In this document: positions 1-13,145 of the stretch, in pieces
How the letters are laid out: the number at the start of each line of letters is the position of its first letter
Position numbering within the stretch: position 1 is the first letter of the stretch
Assembly: GCA_951406725.2 (NCBI GenBank)
Contig: OX597819.1
Coordinates: 130,014,001-130,078,000 of the forward strand
Origin: Octopus vulgaris
Lineage: Eukaryota
Length of the DNA: 64,000 nucleotides
Direction of reading: 5' to 3'
Made by a program: the position numbers and the translations under genes
Notes under the pieces: model-generated
What the model was told of the DNA's origin: nothing
The model's input: only the letters and a program-made list of their open reading frames with translations
Database searches by the model: none

Positions 1-779
1 AATTTGAACTCAGAACGAAAAGGCGAACGAAAGGCTGCTAAGCATTTTGTCCAGCGTGCTCACGATTCTGTCAGCACGTCGCATAAGAATTAATAATAAT
101 AATAATAATGGTAGTCAGAAGAAACCAAGGATTCCCGCCGTCGTTCACACAGAGTTTCGCTAACGAATCCTTCAAAACAACCTTGCATCTTCCTTTAAGA
201 TACAATATATAATAGATAAGTGTGTTCATATGCTTGTGTTGCAAGTTTTTGTTTCAAGCACGTCATGTTTAAAAATATGGCGATAACGCAGCTTTATAAA
301 AATATTACTCGAATCTTGTGGACTTTATGGATTTTTATCTTTTTCTCATTTTCCTATGGAAGCTACAGTAATTGCCCCAAATATGTACGCTTCGACTATT
401 GCTCACTCATTATCAAAATTTAGTTCTGAAGTTCGTACGTACGTCATTCTGTGCTTCCTTAATTTGAATGTATACGGTCTTGCCTGGTACAGTCTGATGT
501 GACACCAATGCGTACGTGCACGTACGCCCGCAAAAACACTCACTAACGCAAACACACACACACACACACACACACGAGCAACACATACACATATCAAAGT
601 ACAAATACACACATATAAAAGTGTATGCAAATATGTCTGCGTTGCGTATTTTTCTACGTGTACATGTATGTGTATGTATATGTGTGTATGTGTGTGTATG
701 TGTGTGTTTGTATTTGTATGTACATGCAAGCATATGTACACGTACGTACATGCATAGATACATGCACACATATACACGC

Positions 780-820
<41 letters not shown>

Positions 821-854
821 CGCGTGTACATGTGTGCATGTATTACAATATATG

Positions 855-905
<51 letters not shown>

Positions 906-1533
906 GCATATATTGTAACCTCGTGTGCATATGTGTGCATTTGCTGCGTTCATTATATTACACACTTGCAGCAATCACCATAGTGACTGCATCACCGCCA
1001 AAGTGGCGAAATTTTAAGCCATTATCATCAAATGTACGCTTAGCAATATTGTCATTATTTCGGTCCGGTAGAATTTGGTTTGGCAAGTATAACACACACA
1101 CAGATGCAGATACACATGCACAGATATATACATATATATATTATATATACATACGTACATACATGCATATATATTATATTATATAATATATGTATACACA
1201 CCACACACACACATGCACACACATATGCGCATGCGTAAATGACTGTTACAGAAACGCACCAAACTGATTGAAGGCCAAATTAGGCTCGCTTCGAAGATTT
1301 CATGCTAACATAACATACACGCTCTAACACGTGCATGTAAAATGTTTCCCCCTCCCTTTTTCTCCTCTTTTCTCTCCTTCATCTCCATTCTCTGGCTACT
1401 CCCTGTCTTCTGTCCTCTTTTTAGTAGATAGGTCAATGTTTATGAGACATGAGCATGGAGAAAACAACGTCAGTTAATTTACATCGGATAAGCGTTTAGG
1501 TAACAAGATGACAACAGCTGAGCCGATTTGCTC

Positions 1534-1633
<100 letters not shown>

Positions 1634-2127
1634 TATATGTATATAGTAAAGAAGTTAAATAAAATTATGGGAAATCACCCCATTATTGTTTTTATCGTTA
1701 TAGAGTCAATATTTGTTCCGACTTTGTACATCCTGAGTTCCAATTCCATCGAGGACAAATTTTGGTTTTAATCTTTTCGGAGTTGATAAAATATATTACT
1801 TAGCACCGGGTACGGTGGTAACGGTTAATCGCTTCTCCTCAAAATTGTCAGCCTTGTACAAACATTCAGTATTATTATTGAGTTTAAACCCTGCCCTATT
1901 CTGCATCTTTTATGTTGTATTGTATTTAGTATGCCTTTATTCATTGTCCTTATCCAAATTCAGTCCACTAGCCACTCTGAGTTATTTCTCTGAGCTCATT
2001 TTTGATTGCATACGTACATACATACATACATACATACATGCATGCATACATACATACATACATACATACATACATACATACATACATACGTACATACATA
2101 CGTACATGTGTATATATACGTATATAG

Positions 2128-2347
2128 TCTTTTATTCTTTGACTTGTTTCAATCATTAGACTGCGGCCAAGCTGGAGCACCGCTTTGAAGAATTTCAGTC
2201 GAATGAATTGATCCCAGTACTTATTTTTTTAAGCCTGTTGATTATTCTATCCGTTTCTTTATCGAACCGCTAAGTTAGGGTGACGTAAACACACCAACAC
2301 CGGTTGTCAAGCGGTTGTGGGGGACAAACACAGATGCAAACACACAA

Positions 2348-2380
<33 letters not shown>

Positions 2381-2530
2381 TACGACGGGTTTCTAGTTTC
2401 CGTCTACTAAATCCGCTCATAAGAGTTTGGGTGGCCCAAGGCTATAGCAGAAAGCACTTGCCCTAGGTGCCACGCAGTGGGTGTGATCCCGGACCCATGT
2501 GGTTAAGAAGCAAGCTTCGTACCACACCAT
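2128..2530 (-). mobile_element. SINE family B copy
   Basis: Reverse-complement match to 39003-39568. Confidence 0.8.
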
Positions 2531-2579
2531 TACTTATTGCAGAATTGAATCAAATTGATGGCCAAACAACTATTGCTCT

Positions 2580-3620
2580 GGTTATGGATTTATATAAACT
2601 AGCATATTCTACGAATATCTTCACTCCAGGCAGTAAGCAGTTTGTGAAGAGATTACCAGAGGAAGCGGAGTATATTTGGAAGTTTTATTCTGTGATTCTG
2701 ATTTGACGGAAACAACCACTACAGATCTTAAACCCGTTTAATCCAACCAAAGGTGAGACATACACAACCTGTTGAACTCGACCTTTTAAACAGGAAAGCT
2801 CACACACGTTTTTGTAATCCACTAATACCTTCTAAAACAACCTTAGAGCTGAGATTAAGCTATTATAGTCATTTACAAAACAAATAGCCTCTGTGGAGTA
2901 CAAAACAACACCTATAAATAATTACTTAATAATGATATTGCTAAAAATTATTAAAAAAGAAAGACTAGCCTAAAAACCTACAATGTAAACATTGGGTCAC
3001 AAAAACAAAAAATAATAGTGTAGACTTATTTGCTAAACGTGAAGCGGAGATTATAATTAAGAATCACAAACAGAATGTCAGAATGCAGTCGTTCGATAAC
3101 ACCGATATTTACGATCTTATAAGCGTACGTATATTAGACAGGTTAGGAATCTTGTTGCATCAAATGTCGAATTACATAGAGATAATGGTCTGGACGTATT
3201 ACAGCATACTAGCGAGCATGCAGTAGACAGACACATGTCAAAGACTATTCAGGGAGGTCAATAGAAAGTTCACCAAACTCTCATCTAACGAAGAAATCTT
3301 CGAAAAGAACAATACTGGTTTAGATGATGTTGGAGTCAAAGATAAAATTATCTACACACCTAATCCATTGCCTTCTAATACTAAGAAGAGCCACCGTAAA
3401 ACTGTTTGTCTCACACCCACTTTTTCAATAGACTTTAAGTAAAATATTTCATGAAACTCCGTAAGCCTGATATATAGACATTTCCCGTAAACACCATCTC
3501 AAAAGACTGTTTAATTGAAACAGCCTAAAGGTGAGTTATAGCATTAATTCTAACGTGAAAAAACAATGCTACAGAACTAACAAAATGTATAGAGCCGAAG
3601 TGTACATGTAGAAACATTAA
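2580..3620 (+). mobile_element. Heavily decayed Penelope-like element ORF
   Basis: Collinear PLE-type peptide remnants: YSTNIFTP, AKREAEIIIKNHKQN, NRKFTKLSSNEEIFEK, LIYRHFP, HLKRLFN*NSLKVSYS, MYRAEV. Many stops and deletions. Confidence 0.65.
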
Positions 3621-4014
3621 TGCATAGCCACTCATTCGATGAAACAGTATAAGAAGCAGAAATAAGCTCTACTAAACTGAACCGCACTGTTAAGCGTAAA
3701 TGCTATAATGGTGTGATGAAAGTTAAGTTTACGCAATATTGCGTCGACCACAACATCTTGACACACAGAGACGTTAACTATAGCATTTAGAATAGCATGG
3801 TACTGAGTTGAACATCAAGTGGGAAATGCTAGGGAAGAGACGAGGCATATATCATTGTGTCTAAAAGATGTAACTTATGTACAGCTGAATAGAGGAACAT
3901 CTCGAATAGTATCAATAATTCCGTGGATTATCAATGCGCAGAATGAGAATTTTTCACGAAATTCCTCTTCTTCCATAAGCGTTAATGATACTGAGTCCCT
4001 TACCAAGCTTTTTT

Positions 4015-4775
4015 AAGCAGCTCTACGATCAAAAGCATTCCAGCCGTGACCTTACCATCTTTTCCTCTAGCAATGAAATACATAATCTAATATGTCCTGC
4101 CTTTATTTAAGATAGTAAAATAGCAGCTAATAATAATTATTTTAGTGCTAATTTTTCAAAAATACTGTATTGTGTGAGTGGAGCGAGATTTGGCTACTAT
4201 TTCTAATAAGTGAAGCGGTCTTTATAGGGGACCCCTTGTTGCGGTGTCCGTTATAAGAATTTGTAATTGGTAAACAGCAAACCACAAACCAGATTTTTTA
4301 GAGTAAGTGGATCAGTTGATAATAGCAACCCCAGCATTTGTTACTTATTTTATCATCACCGGCAGTCAGCCTCCGCGAAAGTAGTGAACGAAAGTTGTGC
4401 TGTAATATGCTAACGAATACAAAGTACCTACGTCGTCGTTAGATCTGCAAGAAATGACAGCAAAATCTCACTCAGATTATATATAAATGTCTATATTTCC
4501 CTTCACTTCTTCATCTGACAACTCTATTTACATTCCACCAAACTTAACACCATTCATAGGGAGCCTCTACATGGTCGCTCAGCCTGTTAGAAATAACAAT
4601 CAAATATCCGTAAAAATCAAAATCCCATCAGCTTAGAAAAAGACACAGCGGTTAACACCATCATAGCTTTCCAGCACATAACGAGAAAACAACGGGCTGG
4701 CCACAGCTAATATGCCTTTGATCACAGATTGCTGGATTTTGGTTAACGGCAACAAAATAACCCCATCAACAACAA
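4015..4775. repeat. Two inverted copies of an older interspersed repeat (also seen at 15550-16550, 23190-23265, 33450-33545)
   Basis: Recurrent motifs gatcaaaagcattccagccgtgacc and ctatttctagcag...gaggctccct. Confidence 0.55.
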
Positions 4776-5525
4776 TTTTCGGGAAATCCCTTTTCCCTAA
4801 AACTTATGCGCTCAGTCTACGGCCGCTGCAGCCGCTGCCCTCAATTAGCCGAAAGCAGTTTGCTACAATGTTATAGAATCGAGGTCGGGCTAATCGGGTT
4901 GATAACAGCATGAAGGCTGAAGAAATAGGATGCCTGTTATCTTCGGATAGGTATAAAGAGAATCAGTGAGGCGTGAAGTGAAACAGTTGCCAATTTATTC
5001 ATTGAAGCAATGCTCTTATAAAGATGGTTCGTGTTGGTGGCGCTGGTGTCGTTATATTGGTCATCATACGCCTATGTCGTTATGGTAATCATCATGCACC
5101 TACATACATATATATATATATACATTATACATACATACAAGCATACATATATACATACACGCACACATACATACATACATACATACATACGTATTTATGT
5201 GTGTGTGTATGTATGTATATGTATGTATATATGTATGTGTGTATGTATGAATGTATGTATGTATGTCTGTATGTATGTATGTATGTATGTATATATATAT
5301 ATATATATATATATACATGCAAACATACATGTGCGTGTGTGTATGTGTATCATTGTGAGTGTGTATGAGTGTATATACTATCTACCCATACATATAATGC
5401 ATGGTGCAGGTATGACTAAGAAGTTCGATCCGTAATCACAAGTTGTCAATTTCGATTTCACAATAGAGAAAAAAATTAACACTGACACACTCCACACCCA
5501 TAGATAGATATACATATACGTATAC

Positions 5526-5578
<53 letters not shown>

Positions 5579-5581
5579 AAT

Positions 5582-6630
5582 CTGTCCGCGCTGAGACTGC
5601 GACATCTCTGGCTCTATGTAGACGACGGTGAACAGGTGTGGTCGCCGTTTGTGAGGCACGCTTTCCCGCAGCTCGTCTCCATGACCGAACTGCAGTCGTG
5701 GATCAAAAAGAGGCCGAGGAAGGGCGAATGGCACCGCGAGTGTCGCGTTGCTCTCAAGCAACTCTGCCGTCCTGGGTCGACCTTAAGTGACTTCAACACA
5801 ACCAAAGCATTCTATAGGGGTTTAGTGGAGGGGAGGTACGACGACGAGCTCGGGGCGAACCTGGACGTCGACGAGGAGTACCTGACCCGCCTGTTCAGGA
5901 CGACTTTCGGGCCAGGGCCCATGGACAACTTCCAGAGATCCCTGGCCTGGCAGTGCTACCGAGAAGCGCTACCCGTTCGGGATAAGCTCTACAGACACGG
6001 CTCGAGAAACACGGGGCCGACCTGCCCGAGATGCGGTCAGAGCGACGAAACCGTTCTGCACGCACTCGTTCAGTGTCCAACAATTTCCGACCTGTGGGCT
6101 TATGTCGAACAACTGCTGTCACGTGTGGGACGAGTCGGTTTATCAGCTGAGTCTATCGTCAATATTGTCACGCCTCCTTCCTTCAAACGGGAAGGAAGAG
6201 CTATTTTCATCATCCTTGTGGCTATGGCGAAAGAATGTATCTGGTGGACGCGTCTGAAAGGATTGGAGACAAACACTTTCCTCTCTGGTCAATCTCTCAT
6301 CAACTTCTTCAAGTACCACTTGAAAAGGAAAGTGAGAGTAGAGAGGCAAGTTTTGTCTAGCGAATGTTTTAAAAAAAGATGGGTGAATGTAGCAAGAATG
6401 GCACGTATGAATGACGAAGCCACCTTGAGCATAGTCCTATGAACCCAGAAATCGAAAACAGAGAGTTGCTTATTTGCAAAAAAAAAAAAAAAAAAAAGAA
6501 ATATAAAATGTGACTTCATTGACCGAGGTTACCGTGGTCTTTTCCGTAGGCTTTTCTTTCCACGGGTAAACCTCACCTGTCCTCCCCTTTACACTTCATA
6601 TTGACATTTCTGTGATAACGATCCCTATTG

Positions 6631-6662
<32 letters not shown>

Positions 6663-6839
6663 CTTCCTCTCCCCCTTTTTTTAACCCCCCTTTTTTTTGT
6701 CCTCCTTCTCTCCTTTTACGATCCCTTTTGATCGAAACTCCCCCTTACTTTTTTTTTTTTTTTTAAACATTCAAAAGAAAAGCTCTACCTTGTAATTTGT
6801 TCTATCTGTGTGCAGCCCTGTGTGGCTAATAAAGAAACA
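5582..6839 (+). mobile_element. 5'-truncated Tx1/L1-clade LINE: ORF2 C-terminus with zf-RVT CCHC motif plus 3' UTR
   Basis: Uninterrupted ORF 5636-6442 contains LPVRDKL and CPRCGQSDETVLHALVQC. The 3' UTR ends in aataaagaaac. Flanked by (TCTA)n 5' and (TC)n 3'. Confidence 0.88.
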
Positions 6840-6915
6840 TATCTCTCTCTCTCTCTGTCTCTTTCTCTCTCTCACTCTCTCTCTGTCTCTTTATCTCTCT
6901 CACTCTCTCTCTATC

Positions 6916-6971
<56 letters not shown>

Positions 6972-7494
6972 TGTGTGTGCGGGCACGTGTTGTGTTTGTC
7001 CCTCAAGGGTTGACAATCCGTGTTTACAGCCAAAGGGCTCGATAGTATAAGTACTAGACTTAAAATAAGTACTGGGCTTAACTTGTTCGACAAACACAAC
7101 TGGGTTATGCTCCAGAATGGTCGCAACAGAGTAACCGAAACAAAGTAAAGCATTTCAAATAATAGTGCTTTTTTAAAAAAATGTATTGTTTCGGTGGTAA
7201 TTTGACTGCTGCTTCTAGCAGAAAGACCGACCACTTGGCCCGGCTTCTTCATTGGCTCTTGTCAAACTGGCCGCTGCTGTCATTGTCCTAATTAAGCTGA
7301 TGACGGTTTGCAGTTCTTTCAAGCATGGCTGACTTATTTATTAAGGGCTGGCTGCTTTCTTCATCTTTTCCCCGTCTCCCCCCCCCCTTTTTTTTTCTTC
7401 TTCACACAAGTTACTTAAGATAACTAGCCCTGTTGACTGAGCACACACTAGACACGAATTGCTCAGACACACAGCAGGACACAAGACCACCGAC

Positions 7495-7541
7495 ACCGTC
7501 ACCACCACCACCATCACCACCACCATCTCCACCACCACTAC

Positions 7542-7574
<33 letters not shown>

Positions 7575-7669
7575 TATCATCATCGTCATCGTCATCGTCA
7601 TCATCATCATCATCATCATCATCGTCATCGTCATCGTCATCATCATCATCATTATCATCATCGTCATCG

Positions 7670-7749
<80 letters not shown>

Positions 7750-7771
7750 ATCGTCATCATCGTCATCATCG

Positions 7772-7821
<50 letters not shown>

Positions 7822-7830
7822 GCCGTCGTC
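7495..7830. repeat. (CAC)n/(CAT)n/(CGT)n microsatellite
   Basis: Direct reading. Confidence 0.95.
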
Positions 7831-7907
7831 GTCTCTTTCTTTTCGTTCATGCACAAGCACACGCACGTGTGTATCTTTTTCTTCTTATGCCTATTAGAAC
7901 ATGAAGG

Positions 7908-8138
7908 GTGGCGGCGAGCTGGCAGAATCGTTAGCACGCCGGGCGAAATGCGTAGCCGTATTTCGTCTGTCGTTACGTTCTGAGTTCAAATTCCGCCCAG
8001 GTCGACTTTGCCTTTAATCCTTTCGGGGTTGATAAATTAAGTACCAGTTACGCACTGGGGTCGATGTAATCGACTTAATCCGTCTGTCTGTCCTTGTTCG
8101 TCCCCTCTATGTTAGCCCCTTGTGGGTAGTAAAGAAAT
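7908..8138 (+). mobile_element. SINE family A monomer with Tx1-like tail
   Basis: Pol III box A (tggcagaatcg) and box B (gagttcaaattcc), tail gtagtaaagaaa, and a tagaacatg direct repeat on both sides. Confidence 0.85.
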
Positions 8139-8385
8139 ATATGTAGAACATGTACGAGTCATTCCTTCGCCTTTTATATAACCAAACGTGTAGTGGGTAG
8201 GTTTTTGTGCTGTTATACTGTTATACTTATGTCCTAAGTGTCTTCACCAACGTCTTAAACTAATACAAAGATAAGCAGAGAAACACACTTAAAACAGGAC
8301 ACAAGTCTTGCATAATAAATATATGCGTATTTGTTAGTATGTATATTTGAGTGTGTGTGTGTATAAATAATATGGGTAGTTTATA

Positions 8386-8801
8386 AGGCGGCGAGCTGGC
8401 AGAACCGTTAGCACGCCGGGCGAAATACATAGCCGTATTTCGTCTGCCGTTACGTTCTGAGTTCAAATTCCACTTAGGTCGACTTTGCCTTTCATTCTTT
8501 CGGGGTCGATTAATTAAGTATCAGTTACGCACTGGGGTCGATGTAATCGACTTAATTCGTTTGTCTGTTCTTGTTTGTCCCCTCTGTGTTTAACCCCTTG
8601 TGGGTAGTAAAGAAATAGGTATTTCGTCTGCTGTTACGTTCTGAGTTCAAATTCCACCGAGGTCGACTTTGCCTTTCATCCTTTCGGGGTCAATAAATTA
8701 AGTACCAGTTACGCACTGGGGTCGATATAATCGACTTAATCCGTTTGTCTGTCCTTGTTTGTTCCCTCTGTGTTTAGCCCCTTGTAGGTAATAAAGAAAC
8801 A
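8386..8801 (+). mobile_element. SINE family A dimer with 16-bp TSD
   Basis: One full unit plus a head-truncated unit. TSD aatatgggtagtttat at 8369-8384 and 8802-8817. Confidence 0.9.
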
Positions 8802-9044
8802 AATATGGGTAGTTTATTAGCAATCTAAGAACCTAAAGGCAAATTTAGAGACGTTACTAACGTGACAGAGGTGGTACCAGCATTGCTAGAAATAAGAGCC
8901 AAAACAACTCAATCGCCACAGAAGCACTATCTTAATGACTGACAAGGGGATAAGTTCCCCCAGCAAACACTCAAATTACTGGCGATTTCGAATTTTGATA
9001 CGGAGCATCTTAATTCTCATCGGTGGCTCTTATTCTTTTATTCT

Positions 9045-9455
9045 TTTATTCTTTTATTGTTTCGGTCATTTGATTGCGGCTATGCTGGAGCACCGCCTTT
9101 TTAGTCGAACAAATCAACCCCAGGACTTACTCTTTATAAGCCTAGTACTTATTCTATCGGTCTCTTTTACCGAACCGGTGTTGGTGTGTTTAGGGGAACG
9201 TAAACACACCAACACCGGTTGTCAAGCGACGGTGGTGGGACTAACACAGATACACAAACACACACACAGAGACACACACATACACATATACGACGGGCTT
9301 CTTTCAGTTTCCGTCTACCAAATCCATTCACTAGGCTTTGGTCGGTCCGAGGCTATAGTAGAAGACACTTGCTCAAGGTGTCATGCTGTGGGACTGAACC
9401 CGGAACCATGTGGTTGGTAAGCAAGTTACTTACCACACAGCCACGCCTGCGCCTA
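9045..9455 (-). mobile_element. SINE family B copy
   Basis: Match as above. A plus-strand partial head follows at about 9535-9682. Confidence 0.85.
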
Positions 9456-9679
9456 CACATAGGAATACACTCACTCACTCAGGTTCACACACAGAAGGAA
9501 ATAGACAAGTCGTATATATAGGGGGCAATATAGGGGCAGGCGTAGCACTGTGGCAAGAAGTTTGCTTCTTGACCACATGGTTCTGAGTTCAGTCATACTT
9601 GATGGCTCCAAAGACAAGTGCCTCGAATGACCAAACACTTGCGAAAGGATTTGGTTGATGAAAACTGAAAGAATCCCGT

Positions 9680-9792
<113 letters not shown>

Positions 9793-9819
9793 ATATATGT
9801 ATATATATATGTATATATA

Positions 9820-10013
9820 GTTTACGAAAAAAACAAAAGACGAAGACAGGTGGTGCACAAAACAAACAGATGTATTAGTATAACGCTCAGGAATAGAAAA
9901 AGTCCTTTACGTTTCGAGCCTACGCTCTTCTACAGGAAGGGATACAGAAAAAACAAGCAGAGAAACAAGGAGAGAAAAAAATGTGTTTAGTGGCTAACGA
10001 TCTATCATGGCGA
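9820..10013 (-). mobile_element. (TA)n-inserted mini-element with variant hammerhead-like core
   Basis: Flanked by (TA)n on both sides, with a close inverted copy at 26085-26262. Core reads CTGTAGA-a-gagc-gtag-gctc-GAAA-cg-TA. Confidence 0.6.
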
Positions 10014-10032
10014 CAATATATATATATATATA

Positions 10033-10642
10033 TTTATAGTTTTATTGCTCATATATTTTTTCATGCATATTTTTTCTATATTTTATCTTCCACCCTGCAT
10101 TTTTCCTGTGCGTATATGGACGTGTATACGAAATATTTTTGGTGTGCGCGTGTATGTGTGTGAGCGTGTGTGCGTGTATGTATAAATTATTTTTGGAGAA
10201 TGTGGGTATGCGCATGTGTATATTTCAATCGAGTGTGGACGAGCATGTGCACATAGGCACATGTATGTGGGTGTGCGTGCGCACATGTGCATGTATGGAC
10301 ATGCGCGCATACGCATTCGCCATGAGTATATTTGCACCTTTACATTTTACTCTTATTGCTTATTTTTTACACTTTTTTTACACATTTTTCTGTATTTTGC
10401 CCTTAGCCTTGTTTTTTCTTGTGCATGTGCGTATATAGACGTGTGTATGAACCCTTTTTGCGCACGCGCACGTGTGTGTGCGAGTGTATATGCGGATATG
10501 TATATATTCTTTGGCGAATGTGTGGTGAGCATATGTGTGTTTCAAGTGAGGGTGGTTGAGTATATACATATAGGCACATGTACGTAGGTTGCGGGTGCGC
10601 ATGTGTATGTATCGACATGTACGCTTACGCGATTGCTATGAA
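10033..10642. repeat. Diverged ~310-bp tandem duplication
   Basis: tgtgcgtatat.gacgtgt, gaatgtg and ataggcacatgta recur collinearly in both halves. Confidence 0.7.
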
Positions 10643-10667
10643 CTGTTTTACTCCCTCTCCTTACTTA

Positions 10668-10955
10668 GCCTTGTGAGTGGATTTGGTAGACAGAAACTGA
10701 CAAGAAGCCCGTCGTATATATGTATATGTATATATATATGTGTGTGTGTGTTTGTGTGTCTGTGTTTGTTCCCCCCAACATCGCTTGACAACCGATGCTG
10801 GTGTATTTACGTCCCCGTAACTTAGCGGTTTGGCAAAAGGGACCGATAAAATAAGTATTTGGCTTACAAAGAATAAGTCTTGGGGTTGATTTGCTCGACT
10901 AAAGGCGGTGCTCCAGCATGGCCGCAGTCAAATGACTGAAACAAGTTAAAAAGAG
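10668..10955 (+). mobile_element. SINE family B, 5'-truncated
   Basis: Matches the 3' two-thirds of 39003-39568. Confidence 0.85.
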
Positions 10956-11151
10956 AGTCAAAGAGAACCTCGGGTAGATAACCTGGGTGGGATTTGAACT
11001 CAGGGGCTTAAAGAGCCGGAAGAAACATCGCAAAGTATTTTGTCCTCGATCATTCAGCCGCACAACGTCAGTAAATGTGTGTGTGTGTATGAATGCGTAT
11101 GTGTGTGTGTGTGCGCGCGTATGTGTAGCGGGTGGGGGTACCTAAACCTAC

Positions 11152-11275
11152 CTGGATACGATCCTCTGGCAGATCAGTTTTCAGCGATAGCACCTCTCTG
11201 GCATAAACATCCGGGTAGTGAGCTTCCTTGAAAGCTTTCTCTAATTCTTCGAGTTGATAACTGGTGAAAATTGTC
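11152..11275 (-). CDS. Vsx: Vsx (Chx10/ceh-10 family) homeodomain exon
   Basis: Minus strand reads polypyrimidine tract-ttcag|G ACA ATT TTC...CGT ATC CAG|gtaggt. The 124-nt exon encodes (R)[41 protein letters not shown], the Vsx-diagnostic homeodomain. It ends at the conserved intron position before VWFQNRR. Confidence 0.97.
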
Positions 11276-11502
11276 CTGAATCAGAAGAGAGAGAAAAATA
11301 AAGAGAAAAAAAGAGGAACATAAAGAATAGGATACATATATCAACATCATCATCATCGCTATTATCATCATCATCATCATCATGATCATCACTATCACCA
11401 CGGTCACCATCGCCATCATCATCAACATCATCATCATCGTTGGTATCATCATCATCATCATGACCATCACTATCATCACGATCATCATCATCATCATCAT
11501 GA

Positions 11503-12236
11503 GTTCCTTTACCCTAGGTGTCAGGAAGACACTCGGCAAGAAATGGAAACAAAATTGAAAGAAGAAGATAAAAATATGATAGAGCAGCACAATATATTCA
11601 CTTTGCAAAAGTTGAACCTGCTCCATGATAAAAACTGTTGGGAACAGAAACCACTTCCAATGTTTGAAAATGATCGCATCTCACTTCTCTGGAACTTCAT
11701 CATTCAAACTAACAGAAAGATAGATGCGAATAGGCCAGACATTATATTGAAAGTCTTCAGGAAAAAATCATGCCTCCTCATTGATACGATTGTTCCAATC
11801 GATATAAATGTGTCTGTCAAGACCTACCAAATACTGAGCAAGTATAAAGATCTTGAAATAGAAATTGGCAAAATGTGGAACCTCAAGACGAAAACAATAC
11901 CTGTTGTCATAGGTGCCCTAGGAATGATAGCAAAAGGGGTTGATTGCTACCTAGTTCAGATACTAGGAAACCCCAAAATGGCAGAAATTCAAAAAATAGT
12001 GCTCATGGGAACTACCCATATCCTACGCAAAGTACTGTCTATGTAATCTCAAAATTTAAAACAAACACATAATTTTCGTATGTTTTCTTAAACATTCACT
12101 AGTACAACACTCAGTACAAAACCAAATATATGGCACCCTAGGTATAAAACCAACATGAACTTCTAACTTATTGTTTCTTGAGGTCTCTGGGTGAGACTTG
12201 GAGTTAACTTGTACAAATACAAAGCAAAAGTCAAGC

Positions 12237-12240
<4 letters not shown>
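11503..12240 (+). mobile_element. R4/Dong-clade non-LTR retrotransposon 3' fragment (restriction-like endonuclease domain)
   Basis: ORF 11543-12046 contains LLWNFIIQTNRKIDANRPDII...LLID...KYKDL...IPVVIGALG. The 3' UTR runs straight into (TAA)n. Confidence 0.85.
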
Positions 12241-12289
<49 letters not shown>

Positions 12290-12292
<3 letters not shown>

Positions 12293-12523
12293 TTGGTTTA
12301 AAATTTTTCCACGAGGGTAGCAATTTTAAGGCAGGGGATGAGTCGACTGCATCGACCCCAGTTTTCAACTAGTACTTATTTTATCGACCCCCAAAAGGAT
12401 GAAAAGTAAACTCGGCCTCAGTGAATTTGAACTCAGAATGTAGAGGGGGGAGCGAAATACCGCAAAGCATTTCGTCCAGCGCGCTAACGATTCTGCCAGC
12501 TCGCCGCCTTAATAATAATAATA

Positions 12524-12604
<81 letters not shown>

Positions 12605-12613
12605 GAAGTAGTA

Positions 12614-12662
<49 letters not shown>

Positions 12663-13145
12663 TAATAATAATACTTTCTTTATTGGTCATAACGACCGAA
12701 CACAAAACATAAGGGACAATACATAGACGGGAGACAGTGAATTTATACGTGTGAACAGCAAAGCACAACAATTAACAAGGAAAATTGTTGAACAATATAT
12801 AATTTCTCAATAGCGGAGAGATCCACCAAGAGGTGACGAAAGCAACCACACCATCTTTGAGCTCCTAACACCAAGGCGCCGTAGGTGCCTTGGTGTTAGG
12901 AGCTCAAAGAGCTATTTCGTTACTACCCACAAGGAGCTAAAAACAGAGAGGACAAACAAGGACAGATAAACGGATTAAGTCGATTATATCGACGCCAGTG
13001 CGTAACTGGTACTTATTTAATCGACCCCGAAAGGATGAAAGGCAAAGTCGACCTCGGCGGAATTTGAACTCAGAGCGTTGCGGCAGACGAAACACCACTA
13101 ATCATTTCGCCCGGCGTGCTAACGTTTCTGCCAGCTCCCCGCCTT
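12290..13145 (-). mobile_element. Two SINE A copies: 12290-12510 with (ATT)n-type tail and 12913-13145 with Tx1-like tail
   Basis: Reverse-complement matches to 7908-8138. Confidence 0.85.
12672..12853 (-). mobile_element. Probable LINE 3' end fragment (Tx1-type tail)
   Basis: Minus strand ends in ccaataaagaaag next to (TAT)n, similar to the 6796-6839 tail. Confidence 0.35.

Noticed and set aside
7225-7250. Minus-strand cgg gcc aag tgg (RAKW) as the possible next Vsx exon
   Set aside because: Not preceded by VWFQNR or an acceptor, and not followed by CVC-domain sequence.
11192-11194. Val in place of the usual Met in AREML
   Set aside because: A conservative change that I recall also occurs in nematode CEH-10, so it is not evidence of novelty.
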